Shown here: positions 18,599 to 32,805 of the stretch, piece by piece
How the letters are laid out: every line of letters begins with the position of its first letter
Numbering within the stretch: position 1 is the first letter of the stretch
Source of the DNA: the human T2T-CHM13v2.0 reference genome, Homo sapiens
Length of the DNA stretch: 64,000 nucleotides
Assembly (NCBI RefSeq): GCF_009914755.1
Contig: NC_060930.1
Direction: 5' to 3' (one strand)
Position numbers and translations under genes: made by a program
Notes under the pieces: model-generated
The model's input: the letters and a program-made list of their open reading frames with translations, nothing else
Database searches by the model: none
What the model was told of the DNA's origin: nothing

Positions 18599-19887
18599 AA
18601 TTTTTCTTATTAAAATAATAATAATAATAATAATATGTGTTCACTGTAGAAAAATGGTCAAACAACTAAGCAAACAAAAAAAAAATTTCTTTCTTTTTTA
18701 ACACCTCCCAAAGGAAAGCATCACTTAAAAACTTGGCACAGAGCCATCCAAGCTTTTTCTATTCATATGTATCCATGTTAATATTCTTAATGACACCAAT
18801 ATAATTTCTAGCTCATTTTTTCATTTAGTAATATATCATGCACTTTTTTCCATGCCAGTAAATATTAATCTCCAGTATAATTTTAAGTTAATTTTGGAAA
18901 AGTTAGCTTGTCTGCCCATCCCATTTTGCTATTATAAACAATTATGTGATGTATATCCTTGTAAATAAATCTCTGCTCTGTTTCCTATTTACTTCCTTCA
19001 GGTAATGATAACACAAATAATATTACTATTACTACTAATACAAGCAGCTACCATTTGCTGAGTGCTTACTCTGTGCCAAGCCTGTGCTAATGATTTGCAT
19101 GGCTCATCTCTGGTTGATTCTCTCATCAAGCCTATTATGTTAGCATCATGATTCCCGTTTTACAGATAAATAAACTGAGACTTAGGTAAAGAGACAATTC
19201 TTTGAAATGGAAATTGCTAGGTCGAAGGATATACTCCTTTGTAGATCTTGTGGCACATGTGACTAGACCTGCCTCTAGAGAGACCCTCAGTTTCCAGATT
19301 CAGGTCAAAGGCAGAGCTGAAAGCAATGGCTAGGGGATAGGCAGGTCAGCCCCAAAGCAGAAGATGCATCAGTGCCCAAGGCTGCCTCTCAGCCCTAAGT
19401 TCCTCAGGACAGAGACCGGGGTCCACCCATCAAGCAATGCTGCACATCAGCTATGAGATTTTACTGGGTCATTTCTAGGGCCCGAAGACACTTTATGACT
19501 GTTGAGTTCAATCTCCTTCCAGACAAAATAAAAACACTGTTCTATCAACTCTCTCCTCTCTATCCGCTACCTAATTCGTTTGCGAATAGTGTTTCCAGGC
19601 CATCCAAAAGAAAAGCTCTACACAGATCTGAGCCTTTATGCCAGTTGAAACCATAGAGTAAAAGACACCTGAGGGAATAATACTCTGGATATGTTAGCAA
19701 ACAGAATTCTAAGTTTTATTTCTTAATTTGGCCTGACCACTTGTTCTTTAGTTTTCTTTTATAATCTAAATAGTTACATGAACAGGAGAGAAGAAAATGT
19801 CTCCCCTGTTTTCTATGTACAAATATGTACAATATGCACTTAATTTCAAAAGTATCCTAGCCAGCATGAACAGTAATCCACTTTGTT

Positions 19888-20094
19888 CATATATATACAT
19901 ATATATACATATATATATACATATATATACATATATATATACATATATATACATATATATACATATATATATACATATATATACATATATATATACATAT
20001 ATACATATATATATACATATATATACATATATATATACATATATATACATATATATATACATATATATACATATATATATGTATATATATATAT
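19888..20094. repeat. (TA)n/(TATATACA)n compound microsatellite, about 207 bp
   Basis: Uninterrupted alternating purine-pyrimidine run of catatatata-type units. Confidence 0.98.
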
Positions 20095-21076
20095 TCCAGC
20101 ACACCTGTGTCTAACTAAAACAAGAGATCCTCAGGGGAGGGACTCTTGTCTTGTTCACTGTGGTATCCCAGCGCCTAGAACACTGACTAGCACACAGTAG
20201 GGCTCCTGAAATCTTCACAGGATAAATGAATTAAAGGGTGAGTGGATAGCTATGTGGGGGCTCCTGAATTCACATCCAAAATATGGCTCAACCAACGTCA
20301 ATAAAAACTCTTGGCATCAGAAATAAGGAAGACCACAATCACAATCAAAGATTAAAACAAAATTAAATACAAAACTCCTGTATTTGGCAATGAAAGCACT
20401 GAATCGCAATTACTTCTATGCATGTTCGTCTCCTTCTTGGAGGAGAGTTTTATTCTTTATTATCCTGCTCTACAACAAGCAAATTGCAGAACAATCTAGA
20501 GAAACTACAGGCTCCTGAAAAATCCTAGAGAACCAAATTTACAAAAGTCATAAACACAAACTAAGCTAACTGCGTTGGGCGTGTGAACACATGAGGTTAA
20601 CCTCCAACAGACTCACTTCCCGTGGCCGCTATTTCATTGACTGCTCAAGAGACTCTGTGAGTTATTTCTAGGCTCGGGGCAATGAAATGAGAAATTAAGC
20701 AAAGTATAAGCAAATTGAAGTCCTATGGTGCCTACATTAATTAATAATCATCATCATCTGTAATTAGTAGACTGTTCACAGACTTTAACAATTAAAAATG
20801 TTTTCATCTCTTAGGGTACTAAACATTGTCCCTAAAATTCCTTTTGTTTCACGAACTACGAACATACAATGGTTAACCATTTTTGTAATGACTCCAGAGG
20901 TTCCTACATATTGAAGTATTTCTCTAATGGGAAGACTCTTGCATATTGTTTGATTTTTCAAAACATCACTCCCACCTTCACATCCCACCCCCAACCCCTA
21001 CTAGGACCCAACAGATAACAAACATGCAGGCATCAGATTACTAAGGGGAAAGACCCTAGGCCTAAAGCACACTTAC

Positions 21077-21209
21077 CGCTCTAGCTGCTAATGTGACAAG
21101 AATTCCAGTTAAGAAGGTAAAATAGTATCCAGGGTAGACACCATGCCACAAAGCAGACAGGATGAAGGTTAGCACCGTGGGGTACCATGGAACCCGCTGA
21201 TAGCACACA
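21077..21209 (-). CDS. MBOAT1: MBOAT1 exon 11 (133 nt): (C)VCYQRVPWYPTVLTFILSALWHGVYPGYYFTFLTGILVTLAARA; catalytic His codon at 21143-21145
   Basis: Acceptor cttcctctcttcacAG, donor GCG|GTAAGT; SAxWHG is the established MBOAT active-site motif. Confidence 0.97.
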
Positions 21210-21989
21210 CTGTGAAGAGAGGAAGGAACAAGACACAGGTGAAACATACCAGAAACTTCTAAGTACAGCTGCTGTTTCTTGGATAAGACCATGCAGAAAG
21301 CATTTGGTTGTTACTGATGAGATGCCTCCCTAACCGTCTTCGGGGACTTGCAGTGCAATCCAAGCAGCCTGGACTACCCTGGTTTCCTTAAGCATTACCA
21401 GATAGGCAATTCACAGTTCAGCCTTTTGAGGGGATGTTATACATTTTTAACCTCCATAGACTAAATGATCTGGACCCATCACACTATATCTGTTACAGGT
21501 CTGAGTGATCACTTTCCACCCAACAGGAGTTCCTGCCTTACAGACGCTTACTCCACCAATGGCCTCATCTACTGGGGGTGCTTAAGTAAGTGCCATTGGC
21601 ATTAACAATTTCGGAATCAGGGTCTTTAGAAATGAATATCCTTATTTAGTAAAAATTAATTTACCTTTCCCACCAGGCTCCTGTGCCATCTAACCTAATC
21701 AGCACCATCACCCTGTTCATCCCTTTTGGCAATGACTCCATCACAAAATCAATGTGTCAGTTATGTGACCTCTTCAGGTCTCACAGTGTCCATCAGACTT
21801 CAATCCATGAATCTGCCTTAAAGAGTGATACTGTGACAATCTAGCAAATGTCAGCAAATACCCTGAGGGTTTTTGGCATTCTGATTGTTTATTTAAAAAA
21901 AGTGACAGGGAATTCCCCCCCAAAACTCAGTCTATGAATTGCCAACGGCACTCTAAGGAAGCCACCACCTGGTTTACTAAATGAGAGGT

Positions 21990-22061
21990 AAAATAAATAA
22001 AAATTAATAAAAATATATAATAAAAAATAAATAAATAATAATAAAAAAATAAAAAATAAAA
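21990..22061 (+). repeat. A-rich low-complexity tract
   Basis: aaataaataaaaattaataaaaatatataataaaaaataaataaataataataaaaaaataaaaaataaa. Confidence 0.85.
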
Positions 22062-22801
22062 TTGAAATTCAAACAGTTAACACCAACCCAGCACTGTATG
22101 GGTGGTCAACAGTAACCGATTTAAACACAAACTAAGCACTATGGTGCTCTCTTCATAGGAAGAAAAAGAATGCAGTTGGAGAGATGAACACAGGACTGAG
22201 ACCCCATTTGGACACAGGATGACTCAGCACACTGGGAGTACTCAGTGTATAGAAATGGAAGTTTATGCTAAAATCATTTGCAAAATTTATTAATAGCAAT
22301 AATGTTGAGGCCAAAATTTCAAGATGACTATGTTCAGATCAATTATCAGAAAATACTGCATGAGTTTACTTTGGAGGAATTACTACATACTCTGTCTCTT
22401 CCCTTACCCCAGTGTTTTGACCCATGAAAGATGCTGCTTATCAAAACAGTGGAATCTGCTTCAAAGCTTAATATTTGTATACTCTCCCTGTATTCATTAT
22501 GATAGGCATATCACTAGGTAGAAGAGCTTGCTGCTTCAAGGACAGCATATTATTATTTCTGTAGTAAATAACGTTTTAAATTTTGGAACATGTAGGAAAA
22601 CAAAAGCATAGGGAAATAGCAACAAAAATATAAATTTTAAAAGCATAAACATCTGGGATACCATAAAGCATTTACTGCTAGGGGTGAACACTGCAATCAT
22701 CGGTGATTTGATGCAGGCATTAACCTTCCTTGACATCTGAGCAATAGACTCTCCCTTTAGGTAAGAGGCAGCACAGCAGAGAGGTCAAGAATCTAATTCT
22801 G

Positions 22802-23104
<303 letters not shown>

Positions 23105-23488
23105 TTAATTCTGAAACCAGACCATTTGAGCTTGTATCTATCCCTTAACTGGGTGACTTTGGGCAAGTGACATAACCTCTCTGGGTCTCACTTTCCTCAT
23201 CTGTAAAATGGGGGTAATACTCCCAACATATCATGAGATTGATGGAGGATTAAACCAGGGCCTGGTATACAGGAATGGCAGCATTCAGGGATATAAAATA
23301 AATATGCCACATTATGGCCTTCTCAAATCACTGTATTTCTACTTTATCATTTACAGGGCACAGATGTTAATACAAAACAAGAGTGTCAGATGACATTGCC
23401 ACAGGCAGACTCCCACTGTTCATCTACTGACTCCCCTCTGAACATATCCCAGTGCCCTAAGTAATGAGGTCGTTTTTGTTTTTCTTAC

Positions 23489-23553
23489 CACTTTAGCCAA
23501 GTAGCTGTCTGAATATTCCAGTTTTCCAAGTACATTTTGAAACTTGTGGCAGT
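23489..23553 (-). CDS. MBOAT1: MBOAT1 exon 10 (65 nt): TATSFKMYLENWNIQTATWLK(C); carries the conserved MBOAT Asn
   Basis: Acceptor ttttcttctttccAG, donor TG|GTAAGA; WN..T..WL motif typical of MBOAT acyltransferases. Confidence 0.96.
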
Positions 23554-24232
23554 CTGGAAAGAAGAAAATAACACCTATCACTAGCTTTAAAAATACCCGA
23601 AGTAATGGAAAGTTCTCCCCAGTTTCCCTGGCAGCAGGTTAGATACTGTATTTCAATAGTGACTGCTCACAGTTGAGAGCAAGTCAGCTGTTCCATCCTA
23701 CACAGGACAATTTTCTGCTGTTTATAAGATCCACTTTGCAACTAAAACCTGTCTTGCGAAGTCTCAATTTTTTTTCAACATGTATTTTCAAATTACAGGA
23801 AAACTGAAGGAAAGTTTTGTGGGTTTCCCTTTTACTCTGGTTAAAATTTTTTAAGCCATCTGAATTTTATAATTAAATATTCTAAAAAGGGATTTGCCCC
23901 AGGAAAAGTTTCATCATGGGAATTTGGTGCCGTTATGGGGACAGCTTAAATTTAATCGTCATCTTTTCACTGCGTAGCCCTCTAAAACTAGGTCAGTCTT
24001 GTGCAGTTAACTCTATAAATAGCTACTCAGGTTCCAATGTTTCCAATTGTTTCTGGAATAGTAAGAGATTTTATGCATGAAGGCATCACAGTACAGGAAA
24101 GGAAACAAATATCACCCAACCGGCAGTGGCGCAAGCAAATCAACCACTGAGGAAGAGACATCCCACAATAACCCATTACCTGGGTTTTCTCATTAGAAAA
24201 AAAAAAAAGAAAAAGGTCTTATCCAAGTTCTA

Positions 24233-24641
<409 letters not shown>

Positions 24642-26638
24642 TCAACCGTAAGAAAATAATATATAGGCCACACATTGGCCTAATGTAATATGTTTGTAAG
24701 GGACAGAAGGAAGGAGGAAGGGAGAGAAAAGTGGGAGGAAGGAAGATAGATAGATGTAAAATAGATCTTTTTATTGTGAGTTTTTATTTCAAAACTTCAA
24801 GGAGTTTTATTTATCTATTTCTTCTGCTAATAAAATGCTATAAGCCCAGCCTCAGGGTGTCTTAAACCAATCAGACTTCCTTGTTTTTCTTTAGCTCCTT
24901 ATTCTATATCAAATGTATGATGAAAATGTAAACTTTCTCTTTCTGGTTTTCTTTTATAATAAGCACATAACTTAATGACTTAGTCCTTTACCCTGAAGAC
25001 ATGTCCACTGTGGAAGGATTCTGTTTTTTGGCACATAGCTAGGGGGACTAGTAGGCAGCCGAAGGTCAAGGGGACCACCCTAAAGGACGTTTACCCAACA
25101 AAACTCCAAGGCAGCCAGTCCATGAGTTTGGAAGGAGAGAAGAATCTTAGTGGGAAAAAGGGGAAAGTCATAACACACTTGAACTCTCTCTGACGTCATC
25201 TATATAAAAAAGAGAAGCTTACGGATCATGTATACTGTTTTTCCAAAACTGAGACAGGTCATTCTGAAAGCTGGACCTTGTCCACTTACAATGTGGTCCA
25301 TCGTGACCGGGGACTGCTTCTTGCCTCACAAGCAGCGACCAATAGTAAAAACATTATTTGTTCATTCAGAACTGATGCTGGACCTTGCCCATGCTCCTAC
25401 AGCATCTGCCAAGGCTTTCCACCCACAGGAGACCCCAGATCCTCTAGGACTATACAAAAATGAGTGTTTTGCCCGCAGTGGCCCTCAATTAATATCTGTT
25501 GAATCTGATTGACCTGAATAACCAAATAGCATGATGAGTTTACGTTGAATATATGATGTAATTTACTTAGATAACAGTGGCATGCTTCTATTTCTTTCTG
25601 CTTGTCTGCCTTTTGAAGTAGTGCTGTCTCAATGCTAAAAAAAAAAGTGAAAATATAATCCTCCCTATAAATTCCACCATGTTTTGTAGTTAAAATGCAG
25701 ATCACTTTCCCTCTGGAGGCCGTCCACATGCAAAAAGCCTCAGGCAAAAGATGTTGGGGGCTTCCCCCATGCCTCCTTCTGGCCTAGTTTCCACCCAACG
25801 TGGGTGGCAGGTGGTCAGTTTCTACTATCTCTGGCTTCTTGCTCTACACATACAACCCCTCCTGCCCAAACTCTCCAGTGGACTCTGTCTGCCCTGTGGC
25901 AGGTGGAAAACCAAAACCAACAGCAAACATGAATCACCTGGCTAGGAATGCAACGCTTCTGCATGTTGAGAATCATGCCCCTCCTCCCATTCAGCTGCAA
26001 GGGGGAAAGGATCTGAGACTTGGCATTCCTGTCTACTCTGAGAGCTAGCAATGCAAAGAAAATCCAGAATGATGTGGCCCCAAGGAGCCACCTCTGATAA
26101 TGAGAGCAGACCAAAAATTGTGGTGCAAGAATGAAGACAGAGAGAAAAACCACACTATTCTAGTGGCCTAAAAGTTGTACATTATGACAATTCTTCTTAC
26201 AAGTGAATGGATTATAAATGCCTCCAAAGGAACCACATAGAACGTTTGCAATATTGAAATCAAAATACAGGAGCTTCCAGTCTACATTCGTCACTGAAAT
26301 AGGTAGAAAGAGAAGAGAGAGAGATGACACTGGTACTTTCTAGTTGAAAGAGCAGAAATGTAGACAACAAAAAGATTTTCCGGGCTCTTTTTCAGATGTT
26401 TTTGTGTCATTCTTCCTTGAACCATTAGAACTGTCAAGAAAGTAGATATCTTAAAAAAAAAAAAGACAGAAAAAAACAATTCTGAGATGCAAAATGTCCA
26501 GTAGGCTGCTGAGCCTGGCAATTCCCTGAGAGCAGCTTTTCTTTGGACACATGGATGAAGCATTCTGGGGATACAACACTCAAAGCAAATCATTTGCTTT
26601 CTTCACTATGGAAGTTGGACTTAAAAGCATACACTCAC

Positions 26639-26742
26639 CTCAATTTTCCAGATGTTTAGGTTCGAAAGCAGATCCCAACAGAAATTCCCATTCTTATCCA
26701 CTCCGCTGAACCCAAAGCCAGCTGCGTTATTCACTGCATCAG
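26639..26742 (-). CDS. MBOAT1: MBOAT1 exon 9 (104 nt): (A)DAVNNAAGFGFSGVDKNGNFCWDLLSNLNIWKIE
   Basis: Acceptor ccatAG|CT, donor GAG|GTGAGT; translated by hand in frame. Confidence 0.95.
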
Positions 26743-28191
26743 CTATGGTTTTTAAAGTAACACATTAGGATATGGAACAAAAGTCACATTGCTGCTTTTA
26801 AAAGACACTAAATATCTGTCTAGCTTCAAGATGGAGAAATATGCAGTAGTGTCTTTGGAAAAGGAACCCCAAAATGTAAAGGACCTGCTAACATTCTGAA
26901 TCAGAAAAACATATTCGGCTGTTTGGTAACCTTGATTTTTATGCATTCATTCCCTTGCATTTAGGGAACACCTGCTAAGGTAAGAGGAAAGAAGCTAGAT
27001 GTCCATAGAATGCAGAAATGAGAATAAACAAGAAACGAAGAACCGAAATGAATAAATAAACAGTAGAATTTAGTGACCAACTTGACAGGAGGGGAGAAAA
27101 GAAAGGTGGTAAGAATAGATCTGAGTTCAAATACAGAGACAAGAAGAAACAAGGGACCCAGAAGAGGTCTCAGAGCTGTCACTAAAGATAGCAGGGCATT
27201 ACCTAAGAGGCAGTGCTAAATCAGGAGGAGAACCGGCTCCGCAAGAGTGATTGGAGCTCTTTGTGGACATGTTAAGCATGACCCGCCGGTAGTGTATCAG
27301 TTGGAGCTGCCAAGATGGGGTTAAAAAAAGTTTAGGTCCCAAGACAAAGGACAGAGCTAGAAATGTGACTCTGGGGCCAGCTGCAATGGAGGCCACATGT
27401 GGATAAAATCACCCAAGCCAGCCACCCATAAAGTCCCTTTAAAAGCTCCTGTTTCTATCTTTATCTTATGCCACTGAACTATAAGAGAATGTTCTCCTGC
27501 CGGGAATATTTCATCTCTATTCAATTCCTTAATGAACTCAACTCACTTTTTTTATTATGATGACCAAGAGGCTAATTGTCTCTTTCTACTTATTTTAAAA
27601 TCTGTTAGAATATTTTCTAAGAAAAAATTAAAATGAACTAATCAAAATAATTAAGTGATAGCACTGTGAAATCTTAGATCTGGAGATCTTAGAGAAATCT
27701 TCCTTTTTCTATAAAAGTCCAACTCTAGATGGCCTTTGAAGAGCTGCTCTAAAGAAAAACAACCTGCCCTACGTCTGTCTCATTTATATTTGGCAGAGAT
27801 GATGATTTAACACTGCTTATCTTACGCTTGGCTTCACTGTAAGATGATCTGGTTTCTTTTAGAAGAAAGCATGAAAGAGACCAAGTCCTTCTATGTCATT
27901 CTCCCGTCGCCAACTGGATGGGAACCCAGTGGAGAAGAAAAAGACAAACAAAGTGAGGGTGTACCTGTAAGAAACTAATGGTTTTAATTGTGTGGGAACT
28001 AATTCGTGAGTGACAGAGATCAATGACACTAAGGGCCTTGAGGTCTGTGTTGAGAACTAAAACCAGAGCCAGGCTGACCGTCACTGGGACCAGCATCATA
28101 ACTACTTCTAAATTCCTTCTTCCATCTCCAGCCTCATTTCTGGCACAGCTGGTTAGACCTAAGAGAAGAGAATAATGATAACTATCTTTTC

Positions 28192-28230
28192 TGTGTGTGT
28201 GTGTGTGCGTGTGTGTGTGTGTGTGTGTGT
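28192..28230. repeat. (TG)n microsatellite
   Basis: About 19 TG units with one CG interruption. Confidence 0.95.
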
Positions 28231-28630
28231 TTTCAGTGCTTATTATCTTTCCAGGACTCTATATAATACTTTACAGGCAGTTCCTCATTTAATCTTCCTA
28301 ACAGTGTTGAGACAGAAGGTTAAGGATGGGCTCCGGGGGGAAACTGGACAGGTTTCTACCTCCACTCGGCAGCATACTACATACACGGGCCTAGGAGAAG
28401 AATCATCTAACGTCTAAAAACCTGCTCCCTTGAGCATAAAATGGATATAATAATGGTATTCATTTTAAAGGGCTGTTGAAAGTATTAAACAAAATTAAAT
28501 ATGTGTGCAGTGGACAGCTCAGTGCTGGCCCAAGTTAACACTCAAGAAAGGTTAGCTATTATTATTATTATTATGCTATTAAGGGGACTGAGGCTAGAGA
28601 TATTAGGTAACCATTAAGATCATGTAACCG

Positions 28631-28890
28631 CTGGGATGACGAAACGTGCGGATCACCTGAGGTCAGCAGTTCGAGACCAGCCTGGCCAACATGGTGAAAC
28701 CCCATCTCTACTAAAAATACAAAAATTAGCCAGGTGTGGTGGCGGGCACTTGCAATCCCAGCTACTCAGGAGGCTGAGGCAGGAGAATCACTTGAACCCA
28801 GGACGCGGAGGTTACAATTAGCCAAGATCGCGCCATTGCACACCAGCTGGGCAACAAGAGCAAAACTCCATCTAAAAAAAATTTAAAAAA
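28631..28890 (+). mobile_element. 5'-truncated AluS
   Basis: Begins at ...gcggatcacctgaggtcag; lacks roughly the first 40 nt. Confidence 0.9.
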
Positions 28891-30080
28891 ACATGTAGTT
28901 TGTCAACAATGCCAGAATCTCAATCCTAGAACTTGATTCCACAACCTGAGCAGGTAAGAGCCACGCTGAAAGAGGAAAATGGTGAAAGGTTCCCAACTAC
29001 TGACTCTCAGAACCACACTGAGCCGATATCGGAATCCCCACTCTCCCTAGTGATCCCACAGTCATTTATCCAAGCCTGGTTTTTGTCTCAGAGCAGTAAC
29101 AGGCTCTAAGTTCACCAGTCCAAAAATGGTTTTACTTGTACTATGCATGGTTCCAATCTATTATTACAGATAAATTAATTTGTACGCCCATCTGTTGGAC
29201 TATGTGGTCCTCAGAAAACAGCCTGGACTAAAGTTAAGTCTCACTAACTAGTACTAGTACTAAGTAGCAGGGAGAAAACAGCCAGGACCATACACTAAGT
29301 CCAAAAGAAATAGTTTGATTATTTGAATATAAACAGTATCTAGAGCTAGGCTAACACAGTGCAGCTCAGTGGAGATTCATCAAGAGGCCAGCTTTAAGGA
29401 TTAAATTTATAATCATGTGTAATTAGTACATCAATTATATGTAAATGGTGTTTTAAAGGGAGCTGGAGAAAACAATTATTCAGTTAAGCAGTTTAAATAT
29501 TCCCTGATACACTATTCATTGCTTCTTTATTCGTAAATAAGACAAAGGTTAATTTCAGACCAGCCCGTGCAATCTAAACTGTAACAAACCTCAAATTGAG
29601 GCCATACAAATTAATCAAGTGTTTCTACTGAAGCTACCCAAAAAAGACAAAGAAAAGGGAAGCATGGGGGGGAGTAAAAGAGCTAAGTCCACAGAGAAAG
29701 CTCTCCACAGGAAGGGGTACCTCTACACTGTACTGCAGATGTCTGGGGAACTCCCCGAAGGGTAGAAAAGTGCAGGTGCTCTGTGTTCCCATGGCACTTC
29801 CCAGTCCAGGTCCTTTCTTGTCTTGGACTTTCCCTATGCAATGGAATGGCCTTTCTTTCCTCCTGAGATCAGGAGCTGATTTAGTCCAGAAGCTAGCCCT
29901 TAAGCCCTGGGATACAGAAAATGGGAGCAGGAGGATAGGAAGAGAAAAGAGAAAAGGAAGGTGGGTGAGGCAGCAGAAGATAGTAGGAGGGAATTAGATA
30001 TATTCTCTCTCTCTCTCTCTGTCCCCTACACACACACACACATACACATTCACTCAGATTAGAGGAAATTAAAACTATTA

Positions 30081-30378
<298 letters not shown>

Positions 30379-30847
30379 ATATATATATTTCACATAGAAA
30401 AAATAAGGTCAGTGATGTAAGTAGGCTTCCAACCATAGCAGGTCTAATGCCTACCTGCTAAAGAAGTCATCATTTGTAACTGCAGAACAAGAAATAAGAT
30501 AAAAGAAGACTACTGAACCTTCCCTAGTGACCAGTCTGTATTCATCCGTTTCTCTTTATTCCTCCCACTGGGACACTGCTTGAAGAGTATTGCCTGGTGG
30601 CTGTATGTCTGTGCTCCCAACCATGCAACAATCTTGAGGGAGAGTCAACGTCCTACCTTTTGATTCCTCCTAGCACAGAATCTGGTACAAAACTCCTCAA
30701 ATTAAATTGAAAGTGTACAGAAACAAAATTTCCCTCATTGTAAATTTTACAAAAGCTCTAAGTCAGATCTCTCCAGCCAAATGTTACATAAATACAGCAT
30801 TGGACTGAACTTATGCAGGAACATTTTGGCCCTTAAAAATAATTTGG

Positions 30848-31020
30848 ACTGGGGGAGGAAGGAATGGGGAGTTATTTTTTACTGGGTACAGAGTTTCTGT
30901 TTGGGTGATGAAAAAGATCTAGAGATAGACGGTGGTGATAGTGGCACAGTATTGTGAATGAACTTAATACCACTGAAGTGTACCCTCAAAAATGATTAAA
31001 ATGGTAAATTTTATATGTAT
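30848..31020 (+). mobile_element. L1M (L1MB-like) 3'-end fragment
   Basis: gggtacagagtttctgtttgggtgatgaaaaag...gatagtggcacagtattgtgaatgaacttaataccactgaa. Confidence 0.75.
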
Positions 31021-31044
31021 TTTGCCACAATGAAAAAAAAATTA

Positions 31045-31335
31045 TTTTTTTTTTGAGGCAGAGTCTTGCTCCATCATCCAGGCCGGAGTTCAGTGGCGTG
31101 ATCTCGGCTTACAGCAACCTCCACCTCCCCGATTCAAGTGATTCTAATGCCTCAGCCTTCTGAGTAGCTGAGATTACAGTAGCTGGGATTTTCCTAGTAA
31201 TTTTTTGTATTTTTAGTAGAGACGGGGTTTTGCCATGTTGGGCAGGCTGGTCTTGAACTCCTGGCCTGAAGTGATTCGCCAGCCTTAGCCTCCCAAAGTG
31301 CTAGGATTATAGTCATGAGCCATTACACCCAGCCA
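31045..31335 (-). mobile_element. AluS with internal rearrangement (gtagctgagattacagtagctgggatt)
   Basis: Reverse Alu with a local duplication/deletion near the middle A-rich linker. Confidence 0.9.
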
Positions 31336-31979
31336 AAAAAATTATAATTTTTTTTAAAAAAAAAGTAATTTGGTACCTGCAAACTTTAACTGGAACTTAA
31401 AACTTGAAGGATGAACTGAGAGAGAAGAGGAACTCAAGGAATTAAGTGCTATTCCCTCATTCGTGAGATGTGGGCTGAACCCTCAGAAACCAAGTTTAAT
31501 CTTCTATTTTATTTAATAAGCCAAGTCACTGCTCTCTGACATCAAGCGCAGGTCGCTTGCAGCTAAGACACACAACTCCCATCCCTGAAAGGGTTCCAGT
31601 GTGACATAGACAGGGCTTCCGTACTTTATCAACACCCTTTCCCAGTCTCTAAGTATACAGATGGGTTTATAGCTCATGTTAGTAAAGCTTTATGCAACTG
31701 CAGTCTAAAATTGTTTGAAAGGAAAGAGATAAAAGCTTAATATAGACCAAGTTATCCCACAGGAAAAAACAAAAGGTGTGATAAAACCAAGTGAAGTTGA
31801 ACTTTCTACCTAAAAAAAAAAAAAAATCACTTGAAGTCAGCTTCTTTCTAAGACATAAAAACCTAACAACGGTTCCTTAAAGAAGTGTAACCTAAATTAG
31901 CATGTGTGTTGGTCAAATTAATTCAAGGTGCATCCTATATTACATAAAACCCAGAAAAACTACAAAAAAGCCAGATCAA

Positions 31980-32270
31980 GGCTGGGCGTGGTGGCTCACA
32001 CCTGTAATCCCAGCACTTTGGGAGGCCAGGGCTGGCAGATCACGACGTCAGGAGATCGAGACCATCCCGGCTAACACTGTGAAACCCCATCTCTACTAAA
32101 AATACAAAAAAAATTAGCTGGGTGTGGTGGCGGACGCCTGTAGTCCCAGCTACTGGGAGGCTGAGGCAGGAGAATGGCATTAACCCAGGAGGTGGAGCTT
32201 GCAGTGAGCCAAGATCGTGCCACTGCGCTCCAGCCTGGGCGACAGAGTGAGACTCCATGTCAAAAAAAAA
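31980..32270 (+). mobile_element. AluY-like, TSD aaagccagatcaa
   Basis: gagatcgagaccatc, gagaatggc and ggagcttgcagtg Y diagnostics. Confidence 0.92.
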
Positions 32271-32612
32271 GAAAGCCAGATCAATCATTCCAGAATTTCC
32301 CCTCAACTTTCCACTGCTTTACATGGCCAACTTTGATTGGTAGAAGGAGAAGCTTCCAAGTTTTGACATCTGCTAATAACATTGGGTTTAAACAACAGCC
32401 AGGGTGTTTTTCTCCTTATCATGGAGAACTGAGTTTATGGAGGGTGGGAGAGAGGAGTGCTATGTTGGTACGTTAAAACTGACCCTGACTCAACTGCCTC
32501 CCATTACGTGTTGAGCTTCTTTGATGAAGTGATCCAAAACGTCGTTCTGGCTAAGCCATTCAAGCAGTAGCATTTTTCCCTCATTCAGTTACAGCTACTC
32601 CATCAAACTTAC

Positions 32613-32805
32613 CTAATGTCCATGCAAAGTAATACTTGGGCTTTGAGGCTTGCATGACAACATATAAGTAGCAGAGTCGAGCCGGAAAGCTTGCTTTATG
32701 GACAAACCAGTCATCCACAAGGCAGGTGACAGGAAAGGTCTTCGTTAGCGTCAAAAACAAAAGGAGAGACACCAAGGTGATGCCCAACTTGTGTATCACA
32801 GCTCC
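32613..32805 (-). CDS. MBOAT1: MBOAT1 exon 8 (193 nt): GAVIHKLGITLVSLLLF...KPKYYFAWTL(A)
   Basis: Acceptor ttttccccattttcAG, donor G|GTAAGT; ORF 32581..32832. Confidence 0.96.

Noticed and set aside
19766-20200. Several Y/I/H/T-rich ORFs
   Set aside because: Translations of the (TA/CA)n microsatellite.
29248-29259. 12-bp palindrome actagtactagt
   Set aside because: A tandem of a 6-bp palindrome, easily produced by slippage; no supporting context.
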